Numbered from the stretch's first letter, positions 34,502-41,513 are shown. The stretch: 41,513 nucleotides of DNA from Candidatus Poribacteria bacterium (GCA_028824575.1 JAPPDN010000059.1:1-41513); one strand, 5' to 3'. Notes: generated from the letters alone by a model not told the origin. Made by a program: numbers and translations.

Positions 34502-34843
34502 TTAAAAAAACTTACTTAATAGGTATGCGACGATAACCGATCCGATTGCCGAAATACTTTGGAAGAGCGCAAATCTGTTTCGCACGCTTTCTTCAAAAGC
34601 CTTTTTCCATTCCTTGAGTGCCGCGAGTTCCTCTCGGTGGCTATCCAGTTCTTTTGAATGGGCATCTAATCGCTTCGTATCCGTCTCGATGGAGCGGTCT
34701 AACTTCTCAGCAAGTGCCTTGTGCTGGTCGTCATTATGCTCACGCATTGCACGAATTTCACCTTGCAGCTCAACGATCTTGACATCAAGGGCATGGATAC
34801 TCTCAAGCGTTTTATCCACAAGTTGATGTTCCATTTCATTCAT
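34502..34843 (-). CDS. coiled-coil protein with C-terminal membrane anchor (lysis-cassette associated)
   Basis: Start reassigned to MNEMEHQ (ATG 34843, AAGGAG RBS); long heptad-like helix, then FALFQSISAIGSVIVAYLLSKFF. Confidence 0.6.
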   Translation of the reverse strand: MNEMEHQLVDKTLESIHALDVKIVELQGEIRAMREHNDDQHKALAEKLDRSIETDTKRLDAHSKELDSHREELAALKEWKKAFEESVRNRFALFQSISAIGSVIVAYLLSKFF

Positions 34844-34887
34844 CTCAAACTCCTTTCTAATTTGCTGATCTCTTCTCGTTTTTTCCC

Positions 34888-34916
34888 TTGACAAAAGAAG
34901 TCAAGAATGCTACAAT
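34888..34916 (+). promoter_or_regulatory. sigma70-like promoter of HEG cassette 3
   Basis: TTGACA (34888-34893), 17-bp spacer, TACAAT (34911-34916). Confidence 0.65.
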
Positions 34917-35033
34917 ATTGATGTATTGCTGGTAGAGAATGTCACCCTCGTCGCAAGGCGGGGTCTCTACCACCACCGAGTGACATCGGGAGCAATACAC
35001 TTTTAGCAATACAACCCCAAAAAGGAACTCCTT

Positions 35034-35849
35034 ATGAAAAATCCTGGTATCTATATTCTCACTTCGCCGAGTGGCAAGCAGTATGTCGGAAAAGATAACA
35101 ATTTGCCAAGCCGTGTGAGAGATCACTTGCGCGGCAACTCGCCCCAGTGTCCTGCCATCCACGACGCGATTCAGAAATATGGGAGTGATACCTTTTCTGT
35201 TGAAATTATTCAATACCCCGGCATTTCGCATGAGGCATTGAAAGTTGTGGAACGCTGGAAGATTAGACAACTCCAGACAGTGTCTCCCGATGGGTACAAT
35301 CTGACCGAAGGCGGTGATGGGGGTAGCATCTCTGGGGAAACACGCCAGAAAATAAGTAAAAGCAACAAAAAACGCGTTGCGAATGGCACACATAACTTCC
35401 TCGATAGTGATTTCCAACGTCAAGTTCAGAAAAAACGACTTGAGGACGGAACACATCACCTTCTTGATGGTGAAATTCAGCGAAAATCTGCCAAAAAACG
35501 CGTTGCGGATGGCACACATAACTTCCTCGGTGAGAACAACCCAAGCCACAAGCAACTTGCGGATGGCACACATAACTTCCTTGATAGTGAAGTTCAGCGG
35601 CGTGCGAAAATAAAACGGGATGCGGTTAACAAAAAACGACTTAAGGACGGAACGCATCATTTCCTCGGCGAGAACAACCCAAGCCACGCCCGCAAACGCA
35701 AACGGCAAAAAGCCGAATGGTGCTATATCATTGCTCTGTCTCGGTTTTGGTATGAAATTCACGATTATACCCTCAAACGTCGCTCTGAATTCCTCTGTAA
35801 AGACATTCCCAATATGTCGAACGCCGAACAAGAATATTTGTTTGAGTGA
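35034..35849 (+). CDS. GIY-YIG homing endonuclease with five (A/E/K)(D/N)GTH(N/H)(F/L)L repeats
   Basis: MKNPGIYILTSPSGKQYVGK...R...E...GYNLTEGG core; one NUMOD3-like motif SGETRQKISKS; five repeats of the type VANGTHNFLD or EDGTHHLLD. Confidence 0.85.
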   Translation: MKNPGIYILTSPSGKQYVGKDNNLPSRVRDHLRGNSPQCPAIHDAIQKYGSDTFSVEIIQYPGISHEALKVVERWKIRQLQTVSPDGYNLTEGGDGGSISGETRQKISKSNKKRVANGTHNFLDSDFQRQVQKKRLEDGTHHLLDGEIQRKSAKKRVADGTHNFLGENNPSHKQLADGTHNFLDSEVQRRAKIKRDAVNKKRLKDGTHHFLGENNPSHARKRKRQKAEWCYIIALSRFWYEIHDYTLKRRSEFLCKDIPNMSNAEQEYLFE

Positions 35850-35870
35850 CGCATTAATTTCAGGAAACCT

Positions 35871-36386
35871 TCATCGGTTGCCTCTCTCTGCAGCGGCGAT
35901 TTCCTCTTGGAGATACTTATCGCCGAGTTGACCAACTCGTGCTTCAAATCGTTCACCCGCCGCGATGAGTTCGTAAACAGGACGCGCTGATAGATTCGTT
36001 TCGTCATTCCCTTCCTCATGCAACGCAGGGTAATTCGCACCGAACCGCGACTGGAAATATCCGCCACTCACTCCTAGTACCAATTCCTGCGCACTGTATT
36101 CCGCAATAGAGCCTGGACGATTCGGATGTGTCGCCGCATCCCGATAGGTGCCTTCACGCTCCAAAATCCTTTTTCCCGGATGCGTGACGCCTTTCCGTGC
36201 CGCATACAACGGATCCAGTCCCGCCCATCGACCATAACCTTCACTGTCGAAAATATCGTCGATCTCGTCCCAAACAAAGGGCGCAAGGAAATCTGTCCAG
36301 AACCGCGTCGCATCTTGCAACCGCGTTTCGACCCTCTCAACGAAAGCCTCTGTTCTCAGGAGTGCGTCAAAATGAATGTGAATCAT
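35871..36386 (-). CDS. HK97 gp10 / Mu gpG-like virion morphogenesis (head-tail joining) protein
   Basis: Start reassigned to MIHIHFDAL (ATG 36386). The motif pattern FDSEGYGRWAGLDPLYAARKG...GKRILEREGTYRDA...LGVSGGY...YPALHEEG resembles the gp10/gpG family. Confidence 0.6.
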   Translation of the reverse strand: MIHIHFDALLRTEAFVERVETRLQDATRFWTDFLAPFVWDEIDDIFDSEGYGRWAGLDPLYAARKGVTHPGKRILEREGTYRDAATHPNRPGSIAEYSAQELVLGVSGGYFQSRFGANYPALHEEGNDETNLSARPVYELIAAGERFEARVGQLGDKYLQEEIAAAERGNR

Positions 36387-36401
36387 ATTCAGCGTCCTCT
36401 G

Positions 36402-36485
36402 CGGAAACGTCGGGATTTGCGAGGCTTGCGGCTCGCAAATCGTTACCTTCTGTTTGGCTTTCGCGAACAGAAGCCGACGTTTCCG
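36402..36485. repeat. 84-bp three-way-junction palindromic element, copy 2 (intergenic)
   Basis: CGGAAACGTCGG...CCGACGTTTCCG with the same two internal hairpins as copy 1; ends 16 nt from ATG 36386. Confidence 0.9.
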
Positions 36486-36535
36486 ATTTTTCTTTTTGTC
36501 TAAGGTTTCCGACAGCAAGACCTGTTTTAGCGGTT

Positions 36536-36874
36536 CTACAAGACTCCCTGCCCTCTGAGATATAATCTTTGGACAAAGCTGCCTTTCACTTGCAAAACGT
36601 CCACCACACGGAACTCACTCGAATCAGAACGCACCAAGAAATCGCCTTTCGCAATATCCGGGTTCGGTTTCGAGAGCAACGCGATTGCCTCCGTTTGTTG
36701 CACTGCCACATTCGACCGGAGCTGGGTTGCCTCTCGTTGCGGAATCCCAGAAGTAAGCGGTTGGATCATGCAGGTCACATCTTTGGCAACCGTCGTCTCA
36801 TCCGTGGCTTCATACGCCGATTTTCGCACGATTGTCACCATTTCCCTATGGTGTGGCGGAATCCGAAAACGCAT
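36536..36874 (-). CDS. head closure / head-tail adaptor candidate
   Basis: 112-aa ORF with GGAGA RBS. Its size, position and the pattern ...VTIVRKS...W..IQP...GDFLVRSD..EFRVVDV fit SPP1 gp16/HK97 gp9-like adaptors. Confidence 0.5.
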   Translation of the reverse strand: MRFRIPPHHREMVTIVRKSAYEATDETTVAKDVTCMIQPLTSGIPQREATQLRSNVAVQQTEAIALLSKPNPDIAKGDFLVRSDSSEFRVVDVLQVKGSFVQRLYLRGQGVL

Positions 36875-36886
36875 CTTATCTCCGTA

Positions 36887-36914
36887 CCTGTAGCGTAGGC
36901 TGTTAGCCTGCGTA
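36887..36914 (-). promoter_or_regulatory. conserved hairpin, copy B
   Basis: CCTGTAGCGTAGGCTGTTAGCCTGCGTA, 13-40 nt upstream of ATG 36874. Confidence 0.6.
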
Positions 36915-36924
36915 TCTTCTCGCC

Positions 36925-37437
36925 TTAGTCGTTATACGTCGGAACGCGCCGATACGGATACCTCGGTTCCCCGACCTCGCGACGCTCCGTCCCGGCCGCA
37001 CCAAACGGAAGCCGCCGTTTTGTTTGAGAGACCACTGGAGACTCCGCTTGCACTTCTATAACGACATCCGAAACCTTCTCGGTGACCTTCGCCTGATGAA
37101 ACGCACGCTTCTCTTTCCAGTTAATCTCTTGGACCCGCGTGCCAATTTCAATCTGGTCTGACTGAAGGATTTGGGCCGCGACGACGCATAACTCCGAGGC
37201 GCACTGATGCGTCATCGCCAGTCGAGCCACCTCTAACGCCTCGCCTGTCAATGCGTCGGCATCAATGTTCTCCGCCCGTAAGCGTTTGCGAACCTCGCGT
37301 TCAGCGTCCGGCGCGAAGGGCTGCTGCGATAGATACGCATCGGAGATATGATCCGCAGTGACATCCGGGGCAATCAGCCCACGCACCGCATCGTAATGTT
37401 GGGAAGTCAGTATCGTCGCCGGCATAAAGAACTCCAT
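36925..37437 (-). CDS. head-tail connector candidate (gp6-like position)
   Basis: 170-aa ORF following the capsid gene; the likely start is the second ATG (37425), with GGAG 6 nt upstream; function inferred from synteny. Confidence 0.5.
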   Translation of the reverse strand: MEFFMPATILTSQHYDAVRGLIAPDVTADHISDAYLSQQPFAPDAEREVRKRLRAENIDADALTGEALEVARLAMTHQCASELCVVAAQILQSDQIEIGTRVQEINWKEKRAFHQAKVTEKVSDVVIEVQAESPVVSQTKRRLPFGAAGTERREVGEPRYPYRRVPTYND

Positions 37438-37452
37438 AAGTCTCGTCAGGTG

Positions 37453-37500
37453 TCGTAGGGGGTTTTTGCTGGGGTGTTTCTTCGTAGGTCGCCTCGCCCT
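37453..37500. repeat. REP-like element, family 1, inside the prophage
   Basis: TCGTAGGGGGTTTTTGCTGGGGTGTTTCTTCGTAGGTCGCCTCGCCCT, near-identical to 10511-10565. Confidence 0.7.
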
Positions 37501-37514
37501 TTACTGATTGACAG

Positions 37515-38876
37515 CTACTCCAACACCTTCAGTGCCTTGGCACCTGTGTTGCCCAACACGACGATGTAGATCGCTTTCTTCGGCTGATACGAAATCCAGC
37601 CCCAGATCTCGGAGCAGACGATGTATTCGACCTGCTTGAGCATGTCCCGCGTCGTCTCGATGATGTCTGTGTTCATTTGGGAAACGTACTCGACCGCTTT
37701 CCGCTTGTCATACACAACAAACGCGTTATGCTTCGTAACAGAGCCCCCAGACCCAGCCTGAATCCGATCCTGAAGGTAGTCGTGCCACCCGACCCGAACC
37801 CCCTGTGCCAACTGGTTCATCACGGAGAAGCTTCCCCCATACCCGCTCATGACAGCGTTGGGACGCTCGTTCATGTTCACCAGCATCACATTCGTGCCAG
37901 CAACTTTTGCCAACTGGAGATCCGTGATATCCGGGTCATACCCGATCGCTGACGTCAACATATAGGAACGTTTGAACTTCTTCTGGATCGAGAGCCACGC
38001 TTTCGGGGTCATCGTATCCGTCGCATCTTTGTCCAACTCCTGCAGCCGAATCAGCGTGCCACCGAGGTCGTCGCCACCCGCACCATGCAACATCGTCTCA
38101 AGCCCTTCATCCACTTTCGCCATGATCCGCTGGACAGCGATCTCCTCGACGTGCTCCATCGCTTTGTCAATGAACTCGACTTCCCGGAGATGCTCATACG
38201 TGAACGGGATCGCTAACATCCGCTTTTTCGGCTGGATGGGACGCTCAGAGGTGTCGAAGGTCGCCATCGGAGGATCCGCTCCAGGGGTCCGCTGCTCTTC
38301 ACGGAAAGCATCTTCATCATACTCAAGGATCGTGGCACGGTAGTCTTTCTTGCTCGTCTCTGCCATGCGCGTCGTCAATTCCTCAAGCGCGATATCCACT
38401 TCCACGTCTTCGTCCCAGTGTGCCATCGCATCGTGGTAAGGGGTGAGCGTTGAGCCAGGCGGGGTATCATGCACATCTTGGAAAGTGCCAGCGCGTTCCC
38501 AACGCGCACGTCTTTCGGCTTTCCGTGCCGCCGCTTCGATCTGCGGACGATACACCGTACTCCGATACGCGTTCAAACACATCTCTTTGAGTGCTAACTC
38601 TTTCCCAGGATCGCCAATCACGTCCTCACAGCGAGTCGGCCAGACACCCGCAGCAGGATTACAGACGGTGGTCATCTCCAAGTCGTCAAGCACGACCTCA
38701 AACGCTGAAAGCCGTTCGTCATCCGCACCCAACTCGCCATCCTTCTCCGGGTCGTATTGGGAATCAATGTACGCAGAAAACGGCATGCCGGCATCCGCCG
38801 CTTGCTCGACAAGCCCAGCACGCTGCGATGGATTCCCATACCTTTCTACGATTTCTCGTGTCGTCATTAAAGACAT
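37515..38876 (-). CDS. major capsid protein candidate
   Basis: 453-aa ORF with a strong AGGAGG RBS, downstream of the prohead protease and decoration-like genes and preceded by the conserved intergenic module; no diagnostic motif recognised by eye. Confidence 0.6.
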   Translation of the reverse strand: MSLMTTREIVERYGNPSQRAGLVEQAADAGMPFSAYIDSQYDPEKDGELGADDERLSAFEVVLDDLEMTTVCNPAAGVWPTRCEDVIGDPGKELALKEMCLNAYRSTVYRPQIEAAARKAERRARWERAGTFQDVHDTPPGSTLTPYHDAMAHWDEDVEVDIALEELTTRMAETSKKDYRATILEYDEDAFREEQRTPGADPPMATFDTSERPIQPKKRMLAIPFTYEHLREVEFIDKAMEHVEEIAVQRIMAKVDEGLETMLHGAGGDDLGGTLIRLQELDKDATDTMTPKAWLSIQKKFKRSYMLTSAIGYDPDITDLQLAKVAGTNVMLVNMNERPNAVMSGYGGSFSVMNQLAQGVRVGWHDYLQDRIQAGSGGSVTKHNAFVVYDKRKAVEYVSQMNTDIIETTRDMLKQVEYIVCSEIWGWISYQPKKAIYIVVLGNTGAKALKVLE

Positions 38877-39014
38877 TCGTTCTTCCTCCTGTGTAAACTG
38901 TGTAAAGTCTGGTAAAGTGTTCGTAAGTGCCTAAAGTTTCAAGAGATGCTTTGGCCTTCCAAATGTCTCTTGCAACTTCGCAACTATCAAACTTTAGTAC
39001 ACTTCAAAACTTCT
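38877..39014 (-). promoter_or_regulatory. conserved phage intergenic module, copy 2
   Basis: AACTTTAGTACACTTCAAAACTT (38990-39012) is identical to 20411-20433. It also carries the palindrome CAAGAGATGCTTTGGCCTTCCAAATGTCTCTTG (38941-38973) and the block GTGTAAAGTCTGGTAAAGTGTTC (38900-38922). Confidence 0.6.
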
Positions 39015-39554
39015 TTAGCCCGGCATTGTGATCAGGGCGTGTGTGGTGTCAAATTCCATCACCGAGCCTTTGCCCTTTAAAGCCTCCACAATATTTTCAA
39101 CCGTTGTGCCGACACCCTTCGCATAATCACGCGTATGGGTTTGCTCGGCTGCGTTTTTGGCGTTACTGTCTACATCTCCAGCAACAACGTCATCTACATC
39201 CGTCGTCGCAGGTAAGGCAGTTAGGGCACTCACGGCTTTCACGAAGCCCTTCGCACTGCTCGGCCCAAGTCCTGCCACCAACTTATCGCCACGCTTGACG
39301 GTCGCGCTACTCGCAAGCGGGACACGCAACCCACCGAACAGGTACGCACCGGTGATCTGTGTGTCGTCAACAGCGATGATAACGCCATCGAACGCTTCGC
39401 CATCCGCGGGTAATTCGGCTTTGCCATCGGCATTGATCTTATAGACTTTGCCAACTGCCGTGCTACGGTGCTTGGCGGTTATGTCGTATGTGATCGTCTT
39501 CTTATCATGCGGGATACTCGTCGTCACCACATGCGGGTGTTCCTTTAAAGCCAT
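39015..39554 (-). CDS. DUF2190-like head decoration/cement protein candidate
   Basis: 179 aa between the protease and capsid genes; beta-rich segment GKVYKINADGKAELPADGEAFDGVIIAVDD...VKRGDKLVAG resembles DUF2190. Confidence 0.5.
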   Translation of the reverse strand: MALKEHPHVVTTSIPHDKKTITYDITAKHRSTAVGKVYKINADGKAELPADGEAFDGVIIAVDDTQITGAYLFGGLRVPLASSATVKRGDKLVAGLGPSSAKGFVKAVSALTALPATTDVDDVVAGDVDSNAKNAAEQTHTRDYAKGVGTTVENIVEALKGKGSVMEFDTTHALITMPG

Positions 39555-39577
39555 CGTTTTCTATACCTCCTGAATAA

Positions 39578-39744
39578 AGTTATAAGTTGTAGGTACGTTC
39601 GCTACGCTCACTTTTGGTTATAAGTTAAGAGGGCTCACTGTGGAATCCATCTCCCAAAGGGATATTCCATCTGGCGAACGATTGCTACAAACCCACCTCT
39701 TAACTAAAAACCAAGAACCTAAAGCGGAACAAAGTGGAGCGTAC
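39578..39744. repeat. palindromic intergenic repeat, GTTATAAG/GTTAAGAGG family (long copy)
   Basis: AAGTTATAAGTTGTAGGTACGTTCGCTACGCTCACTTTTGG...GTTAAGAGG...CCTCTTAAC...AAAGTGGAGCGTACC; same words as 19587-19701. Confidence 0.7.
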
Positions 39745-39757
39745 CAATAACCACTGA

Positions 39758-41119
39758 CTACCGCCATCTCCGCTTCCGCTGACGCGGGGTCCGTTTCGTT
39801 CGCTCTGGGGGCGGCTCATGGTCGTCGGTCGACCTTCTGCCCGCCGGTAACGCCGCATCGCCTTTTTTCTTGTTGTGTGCGATATGCTCTTCGAGTTTCT
39901 CTAACGGCATGTCGCCGTAATACTCGCGGTGATACGCTTCATCGAATTCGTCACCATACGCACGGTTACCCTGCTTGATCGCCTCTTCAACACGCGCTTC
40001 GCGATACGCCTCGCCGTCCTCGGCAGCTTTCGTCAGATCCGCGATCTCGTCTTTCTGCGTTTCGACTTTCTCGCGGAGACTCGTCACCTCACTGGTCACT
40101 TTTTCTAAGACCGTCTCCGGCTCATCTGTCGAACGCACGTCCTTGAGATCCAAATCCTCCCGCAACGTCGTGACGAGCTGCTGACGCGCCGTGTCCACAT
40201 CCTGTGAGGCGTTCGTGAGATCAGCGATCTCGTCTTTCTGGGTTGAAACGGTCGTGCGAAGGGTCGATACCTCGGTCTCCAGTGCCTTCACAACTTCATC
40301 GGGTTCGTCCGTCGAACGGATACCCGGGACCTTTAGCGCATCGCGCAACTTCTCAATCCACTCATGATCTGTCACTGTAAATTCCTCCATAAATCTTCGC
40401 ATCTGAGCAGCAGCCTCATCAGGCATGTCGGTAGGCATTGGGTTACCTAACCCGTAAGTGGTTGGGTCCCCCCACCCGTACATGAGGAATCGCTGTTTCT
40501 CGATGGAAGTGTGTCGATTAGACCCGAACTCAACGAGTGAAATTTCTTTGAGCCGGGCATCATAGACGGTATACGTCGCCGTCTCCATTTTGCCATCTTT
40601 GTTTTTGTACTGCTTACCCATCTTGTGAGTGCATTGCCCCTCACGTTCGGGTTCCCAATCCCAATAAGAGTACCGACGGATGGGAAGGTTACATAAATTA
40701 CAGATCTCACGGGCATCGTAGAATCCGATAGAGACCTGGTTGATTAACTCGTGTTCAATTGCCCTGATCAATTTCTCAGAAGTTCGGAACTCACGACTGC
40801 CGCCGTCGTATTCCATGTTCTTGAGAATGAAGAAATCGATCAGCAACTCGTTCTTGTCATTCAACATCGCATTTGCCGACCGTCCATACCCGAACGATCG
40901 CCACGCATGATGATCTTTGAGAGCAACCCCAGGCTTCGTTTTCGCATCTTTCTCAAAGTTTTTGAGAGTGGTCTTGGGATCCATAATCGAGTTGTGGCGG
41001 TCCAATTTGTCATTACTTGCCGTGATGCGGACCCAATATTTATCATCGTCCTCTTCCGGCAGATCCGCATGCATTGCGCGGGTCCCAATCGTGACTGGCA
41101 AAAGCCTTATATCTTCCAT
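39758..41119 (-). CDS. HK97-family prohead serine protease fused to a coiled-coil scaffold domain
   Basis: Start reassigned to MEDIRLLPV (ATG 41119, AGGAGG RBS). Motifs SNDKLDRHNSIM, LKDHH, QVSIGFYD and LKEISLVEFGSN match S78/U35 prohead protease patterns. The C-terminal half has two ~66-aa repeats (RSTDEP(D/E).V...QKDEIADLT(N/K)A) and a basic tail. Confidence 0.85.
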   Translation of the reverse strand: MEDIRLLPVTIGTRAMHADLPEEDDDKYWVRITASNDKLDRHNSIMDPKTTLKNFEKDAKTKPGVALKDHHAWRSFGYGRSANAMLNDKNELLIDFFILKNMEYDGGSREFRTSEKLIRAIEHELINQVSIGFYDAREICNLCNLPIRRYSYWDWEPEREGQCTHKMGKQYKNKDGKMETATYTVYDARLKEISLVEFGSNRHTSIEKQRFLMYGWGDPTTYGLGNPMPTDMPDEAAAQMRRFMEEFTVTDHEWIEKLRDALKVPGIRSTDEPDEVVKALETEVSTLRTTVSTQKDEIADLTNASQDVDTARQQLVTTLREDLDLKDVRSTDEPETVLEKVTSEVTSLREKVETQKDEIADLTKAAEDGEAYREARVEEAIKQGNRAYGDEFDEAYHREYYGDMPLEKLEEHIAHNKKKGDAALPAGRRSTDDHEPPPERTKRTPRQRKRRWR

Positions 41120-41172
41120 ACTTATCCTCCTTTCAATCGTTGATCTAAACCTCTCCACGCCCTCTTTTTTTC

Positions 41173-41201
41173 TTGATATTTCCGCTCAAAAATGATATAA
41201 T
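41173..41201 (+). promoter_or_regulatory. sigma70-like promoter of HEG cassette 4
   Basis: TTGATA (41173-41178), 17-bp spacer, TATAAT (41196-41201). Confidence 0.65.
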
Positions 41202-41281
41202 ATTCTTACCTTCATAGGTAGGCAGGTCGCTCCTGCCTTCTAAAACCCCTATGAAGCCACACCTAAACTATGGAGGTTCCA

Positions 41282-41513
41282 ATGAAAAATCCTGGTATCT
41301 ATATCCTCACGTCTCCGAGTGGTAAACAATATGTCGGTAAGGATAGCAATTTGCCAAGACGTGTAAGAGAGCATTTGCGCGGTGATACCCCGGAGTGTCG
41401 CCTGATCCATAAGGCAGTCCAGAAATATGGACGTGATGCTTTTTCTGTTGAAATCATCCAATACCCCGGTATTTCGCATGAGGCATTGAACGCCATGGAG
41501 CGTTGGAAAATTA
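41282..41513 (+). CDS. GIY-YIG homing endonuclease, 5' partial (runs off the window)
   Basis: Absent from the ORF track because no stop is reached. ATG 41282 with GGAGG upstream. Translation MKNPGIYILTSPSGKQYVGKDSNLPRRVREHLRGDTPECRLIHKAVQKYGRDAFSVEIIQYPGISHEALNAMERWKI is a close paralog of 35034-35849. Confidence 0.85.
   Translation, partial: MKNPGIYILTSPSGKQYVGKDSNLPRRVREHLRGDTPECRLIHKAVQKYGRDAFSVEIIQYPGISHEALNAMERWKI

Noticed and set aside
34857-35831. 324-aa minus-strand ORF, the largest unannotated ORF in the track
   Set aside because: It is the antisense shadow of GIY-YIG HEG 3 (35034-35849). Its repeats (EEVMCAIRNAFF...) mirror the GTHNFL repeats of the sense gene. It has no RBS, and the sense strand has the diagnostic GIY-YIG motifs, a promoter and an SD.
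41249-41496. 76-aa and 65-aa minus-strand ORFs at the right edge
   Set aside because: They are antisense to the partial HEG 4 gene (41282 onward), which is missing from the track only because it has no stop inside the window.

Overview
The window has two parts. Left part (1 to ~10.2 kb): chromosomal genes of a repeat-rich bacterium that uses strong Shine-Dalgarno sites. It holds a BCCT osmolyte transporter, a membrane-anchored HNH protein, a decayed group II intron 3' end fused to an aldehyde dehydrogenase remnant, several small orphan genes, decayed T9SS-type C-terminal-domain remnants, and a 1367-aa secreted multidomain protein (Ig-like repeats, YWTD-type beta-propeller, dockerin-like EF-hands, T9SS-like CTD). 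Right part (~10.8 to 41.5 kb): the minus-strand late/structural module of a siphovirus-like (pro)phage. Read right to left it encodes a prohead protease-scaffold fusion, a DUF2190-like decoration protein, the major capsid protein, connector, head-closure and gp10-like proteins, an embedded lysis cassette, a tail-terminator-like protein, a 683-aa major tail protein, a chaperone candidate, a 1918-aa tape measure, a Dit-position protein and a 1726-aa host-specificity protein. Accessory genes follow: a carbohydrate-binding-like protein, a Lom-like OMP and a membrane-anchored nuclease-like protein. Portal, terminase and integrase are outside the window. No rRNA, tRNA or CRISPR array was seen. The most unusual content is selfish or structured DNA layered on the phage module. 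(i) Four GIY-YIG homing-endonuclease cassettes lie antisense to the late operon, each with its own sigma70-like promoter with a 17-bp spacer. (ii) An 84-bp three-way-junction palindromic element occurs once in frame inside the tail host-specificity gene and once intergenically, with a compensatory stem change between copies. (iii) A composite X-Y structured repeat with covarying stems supplies the stop codons of two unrelated genes. (iv) A conserved intergenic module sits in front of the capsid gene and the post-tape-measure gene. (v) Several REP-like families are shared between chromosome and prophage. All functional calls rest on motif recall and synteny; no database search was possible.
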